Part shown: piece after piece, positions 18,186 to 25,389 of the stretch
Layout: each line of letters begins with the position of its first letter
Numbering within the stretch: the first letter of the stretch is position 1
Source: a virus
Lineage: Duplodnaviria; Caudoviricetes
Virus record (IMG/VR): IMGVR_UViG_3300032243_000944
Location: 1 to 27,792 of that record
Strand: one strand, 5' to 3'
DNA length: 27,792 nucleotides
Notes under the pieces: model-generated
Told to the model about the DNA's origin: nothing
The model's input: only the letters and a program-made list of their open reading frames with translations
Database searches by the model: none
Position numbers and translations under genes: made by a program

Positions 18186-18193
18186 TATTTATA
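18186..18193 (-). promoter_or_regulatory. T4-type late promoter TATAAATA for gp14-gp15-NUDIX operon
   Basis: Minus strand reads CCTATAAATACTACT-ATG: exact gp55 consensus, 5 nt before the ATG. Confidence 0.85.
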
Positions 18194-18212
18194 GGTAATA
18201 CTTTCTGTTTAC

Positions 18213-18241
18213 TTGACCAAAAAACCCTGATCTGCTATAAT
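18213..18241 (+). promoter_or_regulatory. Sigma70-type (early) promoter
   Basis: TTGACC (18213-18218), 17-nt spacer, TG-n-TATAAT (18236-18241). GGAG SD at 18255-18258 precedes ATG 18264. Confidence 0.85.
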
Positions 18242-18263
18242 TACAGCATACTTTGGAGAACAC

Positions 18264-19400
18264 ATGAAAGTCACTGCCGCACTCAAACAACTTAACCCAC
18301 GTAGCCCTGACACCAAATATGTAGGACTGGAACCTACTTGGCGTAATCAGCCCACAGAAGGTCGCATCAGTGCATTGAGCAATGCGTTTGGTTGGTACAA
18401 CTACTTTTATGGTAAAAAAGAAGCCAAAGATTTTGCTGTGGCTTACTTGGACTATCATGACAAAACCAAAGAAGCACGACAGGTGCGTACCCTGCCAGAC
18501 AGTCAAATGCGTCTTACCACAGGTTGGTTGTGCCGTATGAGCATGATGGGCCTGCAATTGAGTGACCACGAGCAAATACAACTGGACAATTTGATTGCAG
18601 AACTTGTGGCTATCAAACAAGAAATTCAAGCAGAAGCACAAGTAGCAGATGATGAGCCAGCCAAACCTAATATTCAAGATCGTCTGAGAGAAAAAGTATC
18701 AGAGTGTAGTGCTGAACTAGAAGCCATGTTTGATGAGTTTATGTTAGCCGGTGCTAAAATGTCTGCAGACTTCAAACCCATTATGGTGATACGTGGCATG
18801 AACGTGGCTCCACAAATGATCAGCGTGATCAGCCATCACTGGAAAGCACGACTGGAAGAGTTTGAACAGGCAGTTGAGGGCAAGGATTCTCAATTGGTAG
18901 AAGCCTACAGTTTCCTGACAAAAATTCAATTGCGTAATTGCGTAAAGTTTTGCGAAGCAGTGATCAACGACTGTGGTGCTTATGTGCAGATCAAGAAAGT
19001 GGAACGCAAGCCACGCAAGGTCAAAGCAGTGCCCCCGGAAAAACGTGCCGCAAAATTCAAAATCATGGCAGAGTTTGCAGAACTCAAACTCAAGAGTTTG
19101 CCGGCCGCAAGTCTAGTGGACAAGGCCGAAGCCTGGTTGTATGACACTAAAAAACGCAAACTGATCCACTTGGTTGCCGACAGCCACACACAGGCATTCA
19201 CTGTTAAAAACAACTCAATCATTGGATTCAGCACAGTAGAAACACAGCAAAAAACTCTACGCAAGCCAGCAGATGTTGTGAAAGCAGTGCAAGCCGCAGG
19301 CAAGCCAGCCGCACGTAAACTGTTCAAGGACATCAAGGCCACAGAAACTGCCTGGAACGGGCGCGGCACTGAGAACTTGATCATTCTCAAGAGTTGGTAA
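18264..19400 (+). CDS. Hypothetical phage protein, 378 aa, probably early-expressed
   Basis: Long ORF with SD and a near-consensus sigma70 promoter. Helical-looking charged N-terminal part and basic C-terminal domain (WLYDTKKRKL...TVKNNSIIGF...KTLRKP). No family recognised. Confidence 0.8.
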   Translation: MKVTAALKQLNPRSPDTKYVGLEPTWRNQPTEGRISALSNAFGWYNYFYGKKEAKDFAVAYLDYHDKTKEARQVRTLPDSQMRLTTGWLCRMSMMGLQLSDHEQIQLDNLIAELVAIKQEIQAEAQVADDEPAKPNIQDRLREKVSECSAELEAMFDEFMLAGAKMSADFKPIMVIRGMNVAPQMISVISHHWKARLEEFEQAVEGKDSQLVEAYSFLTKIQLRNCVKFCEAVINDCGAYVQIKKVERKPRKVKAVPPEKRAAKFKIMAEFAELKLKSLPAASLVDKAEAWLYDTKKRKLIHLVADSHTQAFTVKNNSIIGFSTVETQQKTLRKPADVVKAVQAAGKPAARKLFKDIKATETAWNGRGTENLIILKSW

Positions 19401-19403
19401 CGG

Positions 19404-19432
19404 GCTAAATATTGGGGACGGAGTTCCCCAAT
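19404..19432 (+). promoter_or_regulatory. Late promoter-like GCTAAATA overlapping a hairpin that spans the SD and start codon of the gp13-like gene
   Basis: ATTGGGGA (19411-19418) is the exact reverse complement of TCCCCAAT (19425-19432, which includes the AT of ATG). The loop CGGAGT contains GGAG. Confidence 0.7.
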
Positions 19433-20198
19433 GGCCGAAACAGAAAATTCTTTAACAACCCTTAAATCTGCATTATACGATTATGTACGCCTTACTCTAG
19501 GCGATCAAATTGTGGATCTTGAATTGGATCCTGCACACTATGAAGCCGCTTATCAGCGCACCATTGGCACCTACAGACAGCGAGCCAACAATGCGTATGA
19601 GGAAAGTTACAGTTTCATGCAGTTGGTCAATCAAGTAAACATCTACACTTTGCCACAAGAAGTGCAGAGTGTGCGTCAAATCTTTAGACGTACCTTTGGT
19701 ATTGCCACAGGACCTTTTGGAAGTAACTTTGATCCATTTAGTCAAGCACAAATGAACGTGTACTTGATCAACTTCAATCAAGCAGGTGGCCTGGCCACTT
19801 ACGATTTCTATTCACAGTATGTTGAACTGGCTGCACGTATGTTTGGTGGCTATTTAAACTACACTTGGAACCCAGTTACTAAGAAACTGCAACTGATCCG
19901 TAGTCCCCCTGGCGGCGGCGAGGTTGTGTTGCTGTGGACCTATAACCTCAAGCCTGAAATCCAATTGCTGAGTGATTACCAAATACAACAGTGGATCCGT
20001 GACTACATGGTTGCGGCCTGCAAGATGATCATTGGCGAAGCACGTGAGAAGTTTGGCACCATTGCTGGACCGCAAGGCGGTGGCACCTTAAATGGCACAG
20101 CCATGAAAGCCGAAGCACAGGCCCAAATGGATGCCAAAATCCAAGAACTGGTCATGTACGTGGACGGATCACAGCCGCTTACCTTTGTAATTGGCTAA
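19431..20198 (+). CDS. gp13: Neck protein / head-tail adaptor (T4 gp13-like)
   Basis: LYDYVRLTLG-QIVDLEL...WIRDY--A-CKMIIGEAREKFGTIAGPQGGGTLNGTAMKAEA matches gp13 motifs (LG-P-I-VE; WVK-Y--A--K---G----K...PGGVT-NG). Confidence 0.85.
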   Translation: MAETENSLTTLKSALYDYVRLTLGDQIVDLELDPAHYEAAYQRTIGTYRQRANNAYEESYSFMQLVNQVNIYTLPQEVQSVRQIFRRTFGIATGPFGSNFDPFSQAQMNVYLINFNQAGGLATYDFYSQYVELAARMFGGYLNYTWNPVTKKLQLIRSPPGGGEVVLLWTYNLKPEIQLLSDYQIQQWIRDYMVAACKMIIGEAREKFGTIAGPQGGGTLNGTAMKAEAQAQMDAKIQELVMYVDGSQPLTFVIG

Positions 20199-20205
20199 AA
20201 CACAC

Positions 20206-20234
20206 TAGACAGACTATTGCAGTTGTGTTACAAT
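20206..20234 (+). promoter_or_regulatory. Sigma70-type (early) promoter for exonuclease-kinase pair
   Basis: TAGACA (20206-20211), 17-nt spacer, TG-n-TACAAT (20229-20234). ATG at 20241 sits at the expected +1. Confidence 0.7.
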
Positions 20235-20240
20235 CATCAT

Positions 20241-20762
20241 ATGGACCTGATGATTGATTTGGAGGGCCTGGCAACAGGCCCTGACACTACTATTCTTACT
20301 ATTGCCGCTCAGGCGTTTGATCCCTTAGGCGATGGTTGGTATGACCAGCAATACTATGCTAGAGTCACCTTAGAAAGCCAAGAAAATCGACGCATTGAAC
20401 AAGGCACACTAGATTGGTGGGCCACGCAACCTGCGCCAGCAAGAGATGAAGCATTTGCAGAAGAAGGGCGTATTCCATTGGATCAAGCACTAGACGGACT
20501 AGGTCGACTGATTTGGCACTCCAAACGAATATGGGCACAAGGCCCAACCTACGACATGAACATTCTTGAGCATGCCTACAAGAGTTATAACAAACCCATA
20601 CCTTGGCAGTATTATGCAGTACGAGACAGCCGTACTGTGTTTGGACTTTGGCCTGGATTGCCCAAGCCACCTACTAGCCACCATGCGCTAGAAGATTGCC
20701 GCAGACAAATTGGACTATTACAAGATACGCTTAAATACCTCAAAGTAAAGGAACTGGTATGA
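20241..20762 (+). CDS. DEDDh 3'-5' exonuclease (Rv2179c/RNase AS-like; T4 DexA-related)
   Basis: ExoI motif MIDLEGL, TLDWWATQ, ExoII IWAQGPTYDMNIL, PW-Y--VRDSRT, and ExoIII HHALEDC. The start is more likely ATG 20241 than TTG 20217. Confidence 0.85.
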   Translation: MDLMIDLEGLATGPDTTILTIAAQAFDPLGDGWYDQQYYARVTLESQENRRIEQGTLDWWATQPAPARDEAFAEEGRIPLDQALDGLGRLIWHSKRIWAQGPTYDMNILEHAYKSYNKPIPWQYYAVRDSRTVFGLWPGLPKPPTSHHALEDCRRQIGLLQDTLKYLKVKELV

Positions 20763-21424
20763 TTATTGGGGTATGTGGATTTATTGGCTCGGGCAAAGAT
20801 ACTATTGCTGACTATCTCACTAACTTTCATGGATTCCGTCGAGAATCATTTGCATCAACACTAAAAGATGCGGTAGCACAGGTGTTTGGCTGGGATAGAA
20901 CCATGCTTGAAGGGCGCACCAAACAAGCCCGAGAGTGGCGTGAACAAGTGGATCCATGGTGGGCAGAGCGTCTGCACATGCCCACGCTAACACCGCGTTG
21001 GATCCTGCAATATTGGGGCACAGAAGTGTGCAGAGCCGGTTTCCATGATGACATCTGGATTGCTAGTTTAGAAAACAAACTGCGCCATAGCCAAGATGAT
21101 GTTGTGATTTCAGACTGCCGTTTTCCCAATGAGATCCGAGCAATCAAAAATGCTGGCGGGCGTGTGATTAGAGTAACTCGTGGACCTGAACCGGTGTGGT
21201 ACGATGCGGCAGTGAGTGTAAATCGTGGTGCCAATGGCAATTCAACTTGGGCCCTAAGTCACAAGAAACTAGAAAAACTTGGTATTCATGCAAGTGAAAC
21301 AGCCTGGGTAGGCACCCAGTTTGATGCTGTGTTAGACAACAATGCCACAGTAGATGAACTTTTTGCGCAGATCAATGATCTGCTTGCAAGTCTCCAGGAC
21401 GCCAAGGTACCGCCAGTCGCCTGA
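20759..21424 (+). CDS. gp1: Deoxynucleoside monophosphate kinase (T4 gp1-like)
   Basis: P-loop IIGVCGFIGSGKDT, FA--LKD, TPRWILQYWGTE, VVISDCRFPNE, HASE. ATGA coupling to the exonuclease. Confidence 0.92.
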   Translation: MIIGVCGFIGSGKDTIADYLTNFHGFRRESFASTLKDAVAQVFGWDRTMLEGRTKQAREWREQVDPWWAERLHMPTLTPRWILQYWGTEVCRAGFHDDIWIASLENKLRHSQDDVVISDCRFPNEIRAIKNAGGRVIRVTRGPEPVWYDAAVSVNRGANGNSTWALSHKKLEKLGIHASETAWVGTQFDAVLDNNATVDELFAQINDLLASLQDAKVPPVA

Positions 21425-21716
21425 CTTCCTCCACACAGTTCAAGCAGACTGTGCGTAGATTAGATAGTTCTGTATTGATTAGTTGACCATCCACATGATA
21501 CACCAGTAGTTGGCTGGCATATCTTGATCTAAATCCACAACGATCACACACGATTTTTTTCTTGTACCCTGCTGATTGCCATCTTGCTACGGGTGCTTTT
21601 TCCTTACGCCCACGACGTATGCAGTTGTCGCAGGTCTTGCGATAGTACACAGTGTCTCCTCGACGATAATTTATAGCCCTAGGGCGTTGGTTACAGGCTT
21701 TGCAAGTTGGTCTCAT
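21372..21716 (-). CDS. Zn-finger / HNH endonuclease-like protein (possibly degenerate)
   Basis: Four CxxC pairs (CKAC, CDNC, CDRC, CLNC) and an HNH-like core YHVDG---N----NL--VCLNC. The likely start is ATG 21716, just after a late promoter. Confidence 0.7.
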   Translation of the reverse strand: MRPTCKACNQRPRAINYRRGDTVYYRKTCDNCIRRGRKEKAPVARWQSAGYKKKIVCDRCGFRSRYASQLLVYHVDGQLINTELSNLRTVCLNCVEEVRRLAVPWRPGDLQADH

Positions 21717-21720
21717 TGAG

Positions 21721-21728
21721 TATTTATA
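21721..21728 (-). promoter_or_regulatory. T4-type late promoter TATAAATA for HNH-like gene
   Basis: Minus strand reads CCTATAAATACTCA-ATG. Confidence 0.8.
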
Positions 21729-21780
21729 GGCACGAACCTTTATAAAGGGCATCGCAACTGGCATGGTTTTGGTGCGTTAC

Positions 21781-21808
21781 GATAAATATCTTTAAGTTTT
21801 ATAAGGAG
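21781..21808 (+). promoter_or_regulatory. Late promoter (GATAAATA) and SD (AAGGAG) for tail sheath gene
   Basis: GATAAATA at 21781-21788 and AAGGAG at 21803-21808 precede ATG 21814. Confidence 0.75.
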
Positions 21809-21813
21809 CCAAA

Positions 21814-24800
21814 ATGGCACTAGTTTCACCAGGTGTACAAGTCACCATCATAGACGAAAGCAACTATCTTTCAGCCGCTACAAATTCGGTACCTTACTTT
21901 TTGATTGCCACAGCGCAAGACAAAGTATCAGGATCAGGAGTAGGTGTAGCCGCTGGTACGTTGGCAGCCAATGCTAATCGAGCCTATTTAATTACCAGCC
22001 AAAGAGATTTGACTGCTACATTTGGCAACCCCTTCTTTTATAAGACCACTATTGGTACTCCAATTAATGGTTACGAACTCAACGAATACGGCTTGCTTGC
22101 CGCTTACTCTGCACTGGGGGTGACAAACCGTGCTTATGTACAACGTTGTGATATTGATTTAACTCAACTCACAGCCAGTTTGGTACGCCCAACTGGCGAA
22201 CCCAACAATGGCGCTTATTGGTTAGACACCACCAACACACTATGGGGTATTTTTGAGTGGAACGCAACCACAGGTACCTTTAGTAATATGGTACCGAGTG
22301 TGATCACAGACACTGTTTATTTGAGCAGTGGCGTTCCTTTAGATAGTTATGGTAGCATTGGCGACTACGTTGTGGTAGCAACAAACACAGCCAATCCAAT
22401 TTATTATAAAAATGGTGCCGCTACTACTGATCAAACCAGTTCCGCCACATTGCAAGCCTTGTATAATACTTGGGTTCTAGTGGGAAGTAATGCCTGGAAA
22501 CTGAGTTATCCCACAGTGACAGGGGCCAATTCGGTGACCGCTGATTTGACCGCTGGAAACACTCTGGTAATCAACGGTACCACAGTTACAGTTCCTGTAA
22601 GCCCTAACAACGATGTTGCTGGACTCAGTGCCGCAATCAACACAGCCAACATTGATGGTGTTTACAGTGCAGTAATTGACAACAAACTTTGTTTATATGC
22701 TGATGCCAAGGCTCAGGCAGATGGATCAACAGCAGACGATGGTGTTATTGTGATCAACAGTGTTGGTAGTACATCGGGCTTAATCACAACATTGGGATTG
22801 ACTGCCAATAATGTTTATTATGCACCAGAATTACAACAAAGTCCCAGTTATCAAAATCCACGTTGGAATTCAACTGGATCAACTCCACGTCCTACAGGAT
22901 CGGTCTGGAACAAAATTAACAGCATAAATCTTGGAACCACAATGGTTGTCAAGCAATATTCTACTGCACTGGCAGCATTTGTTCAGCAGTCGGCCACAGT
23001 ATATGCCAATGACTGGACAGCCAATGCAACACTTGACACCACTGGTGGCAAACTCATTCCAGTAGGAACCACATACACTCAATACAATGTGAGTCCTGTA
23101 ATAAACAACGGCCCCAACACTAACTATCCCTTTAACCCTACCTATACCTTGCAAGTGTTTGAAAGATCGGCTGTGGGGGCCACAGTAATCACCGGGGACA
23201 ATGACGCGGCCACATTCATCAATGGTGATCAGTTCTACATCATGACCTCTATTGCCAACAGTACAGAACTAACCACACCAGTTCTGGCCACAGTAAATGG
23301 TACGATGCCTGATGCCTTTGTAACAGCAGTAAGTGCGGCATCTGTGCCAAACGTTAGTGCCAGTATTGACAGTAATGGGTACATTGTTCTTACACAATCT
23401 CAAGGCGGCGTTATTTTGTTACAAAATGCAAATGCCACTACTCCAGTAACTGAAGCAGGATTTAATACCTCTGTAACAGGTTGTCGACTTGTGTATCTCA
23501 ACACAGATACAACAGTACCAATAGTAGCATTTAATGACACCTGGTTATCGTTAAGCAACTGGGTTGCCGCAACTTACACAGCCAGCGCAACTGCACCTGA
23601 TCAGGATCCTGCAGATGGTCGCTACTGGTACTACTCAGCCACCAACCAAGTTGACATCATGGTTCAAAGCGGCACCGGCTGGGTTGGCTATCAAAACGAA
23701 ACCAATGATGTGCGTGGTTATAATCTAAGCCTGACAAATGCAACAGGCCCACAAATTGCTGCCACGGCACCAACTACACAAAGCAACGGTGATCCTTTGG
23801 AATATGGTGATCTCTGGATTGACACCAGCAACTTGGAATTGTATCCTGTGATCAATCGTTGGTCAGTAGTGGACGGTGTTGATCAGTGGGTCACTCTGGA
23901 CAATACAGATCAAACCACACAAAACGGTGTGTTGTTTGCAGATGCTCGCTGGAGTTCAACAGGCACTGTGAATCCTATCACTGGTGCATTGCCAAGTATC
24001 ACAAGTTTGCTGACCAGCAATTACTTGGATGTAGATGCTCCTGACTATACACTATATCCAACAGGCATGTTGTTGTTTAACACACGTCGTTCCGGATTCA
24101 ATGTCAAGAGTTTCCAAGCAAATTATTTCAATGCCACAAGTTTCTCTTATCCAACATGGAGTAGTTCTGCCTCCTATGCTGTTGGGGCTCAAGTGCTGTA
24201 CAACACCACTTTGTATGTGTGTATAGAGGCAACCGACCCGGGCGATTTACCAACTAACACCACATACTGGAGTGAATTAGAAGTCAACAGTTGGGTAACA
24301 GCAAGCGGCAATCGCAATAACGGTTCACCTAACATGGGACGTTTTGCTCAACGTGAATTAATTGTGGCTGCACTAAAGTCAGGAATTGACACCAGTGTGA
24401 CCATAAGAGAAGAACAAAATCAATTCAACTTGACGGCATGTACTGCTTACCCTGAATTGATTCCCAACATGGTAGCACTCAGCAACGAGCGCAACAACAC
24501 TGTGTTTGTAGTAGGCGATACTCCAATGCGTTTGCCAGCATCGGCTACTGATATTGTGAGTTGGGCGACCAACAATGCAGGCGCAGGTTATCCAACAGGC
24601 GATGGCTTGATCACAAGTAGTCCTTACCTGGGCGTGTTCTGGCCCAGTTGCCAAACAACTGATCTTTCAGGATCTGCTGTGGTAACAGCACCAAGTCACA
24701 TGATGGTTCGCACTATCATACGCAATGACGAAGTGGCTTATCCATGGTTGGCACCCGCAGGTACACGTCGTGGTGTGGTAGACAACGCCGATCAAATTGG

Positions 24801-25302
24801 TTATATCAATGGTCAAACAGGTGAGTTTGTTACACTGGGTGTAAATCAAGCCCTGCGTGATGTGTTGTATCAAAACAATATCAACCCAATTACATTTGTA
24901 CCTGGCGTAGGTATTACCAACTTTGGTAACAAGACAACTTATGCCAATGCCACAAGTTTGGACCGTATCAACGTAGCACGACTGGTTGTGTTTATTCGTA
25001 ACAGACTTGAATCAATCGGCAAGCAATTCTTGTTTGAGCCAAACGATCAAATCACACGTGATGAGATCAAGAACGCTGTAAACAGTCTAATGATTGACTT
25101 GGTGGCCAAACGTGGTATCTATGACTACTTGGTTGTTTGTGATGACACCAACAACACACCAGCAAGAATTGATGCCAACGAACTTTGGGTTGACATTGCA
25201 ATTGAACCTGTTAAGGCAGTGGAATTCATCTACATTCCAATTCGTCTCAAGAACACAGGCGAGATTGCAGCCGGCTCAGTGGCAGTTGCACAAGCAGTCT
25301 AA
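21814..25302 (+). CDS. gp18: Contractile tail sheath protein (T4 gp18-like), enlarged to 1162 aa
   Basis: N-terminus MALVSPGVQVTIIDES. C-terminal PW-APAG-RRG, LYQNNINPI, FGNKT, DRINVARL, FEPND--TR, VVCD-TNNTP--ID-NEL-VDIAIEP-KA-EFI-I. Confidence 0.95.
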   Translation: MALVSPGVQVTIIDESNYLSAATNSVPYFLIATAQDKVSGSGVGVAAGTLAANANRAYLITSQRDLTATFGNPFFYKTTIGTPINGYELNEYGLLAAYSALGVTNRAYVQRCDIDLTQLTASLVRPTGEPNNGAYWLDTTNTLWGIFEWNATTGTFSNMVPSVITDTVYLSSGVPLDSYGSIGDYVVVATNTANPIYYKNGAATTDQTSSATLQALYNTWVLVGSNAWKLSYPTVTGANSVTADLTAGNTLVINGTTVTVPVSPNNDVAGLSAAINTANIDGVYSAVIDNKLCLYADAKAQADGSTADDGVIVINSVGSTSGLITTLGLTANNVYYAPELQQSPSYQNPRWNSTGSTPRPTGSVWNKINSINLGTTMVVKQYSTALAAFVQQSATVYANDWTANATLDTTGGKLIPVGTTYTQYNVSPVINNGPNTNYPFNPTYTLQVFERSAVGATVITGDNDAATFINGDQFYIMTSIANSTELTTPVLATVNGTMPDAFVTAVSAASVPNVSASIDSNGYIVLTQSQGGVILLQNANATTPVTEAGFNTSVTGCRLVYLNTDTTVPIVAFNDTWLSLSNWVAATYTASATAPDQDPADGRYWYYSATNQVDIMVQSGTGWVGYQNETNDVRGYNLSLTNATGPQIAATAPTTQSNGDPLEYGDLWIDTSNLELYPVINRWSVVDGVDQWVTLDNTDQTTQNGVLFADARWSSTGTVNPITGALPSITSLLTSNYLDVDAPDYTLYPTGMLLFNTRRSGFNVKSFQANYFNATSFSYPTWSSSASYAVGAQVLYNTTLYVCIEATDPGDLPTNTTYWSELEVNSWVTASGNRNNGSPNMGRFAQRELIVAALKSGIDTSVTIREEQNQFNLTACTAYPELIPNMVALSNERNNTVFVVGDTPMRLPASATDIVSWATNNAGAGYPTGDGLITSSPYLGVFWPSCQTTDLSGSAVVTAPSHMMVRTIIRNDEVAYPWLAPAGTRRGVVDNADQIGYINGQTGEFVTLGVNQALRDVLYQNNINPITFVPGVGITNFGNKTTYANATSLDRINVARLVVFIRNRLESIGKQFLFEPNDQITRDEIKNAVNSLMIDLVAKRGIYDYLVVCDDTNNTPARIDANELWVDIAIEPVKAVEFIYIPIRLKNTGEIAAGSVAVAQAV

Positions 25303-25320
25303 CGGGACCGCTAGACACGA

Positions 25321-25349
25321 AAATGGGGTGGCAACACCCCATTTTTTTT
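25321..25349 (+). terminator. Rho-independent terminator after sheath gene
   Basis: AAATGGGGTG-GCAA-CACCCCATTT stem with a GNRA tetraloop, followed by a T-run ending at 25349. Confidence 0.9.
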
Positions 25350-25361
25350 GGCCTCAAACGA

Positions 25362-25381
25362 TATAAATAACACTATAGGAG
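25362..25381 (+). promoter_or_regulatory. T4-type late promoter TATAAATA and SD AGGAG for tail tube operon
   Basis: TATAAATA at 25362-25369, AGGAG at 25377-25381, ATG at 25390. Confidence 0.88.
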
Positions 25382-25389
25382 ATACTAAT

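Noticed and set aside
18189-19390. Antisense ORFs 18189-18677 and 18980-19390
   Set aside because: They lie opposite a well-supported gene with promoter and SD, and have no recognisable motifs.
21372-21716. Intron- or intein-associated homing endonuclease
   Set aside because: It is a free-standing ORF, the flanking genes are intact, and no intein or group I intron signatures were seen.
25348-25389. ORF-track N-terminal extensions (tube 25348, NUDIX 15433, HNH 21764, exonuclease 20217, and 32 as start of ORF1)
   Set aside because: The extensions run through terminators, promoters or neighbouring genes, and better-supported starts exist. ORF1 is open to the window edge.
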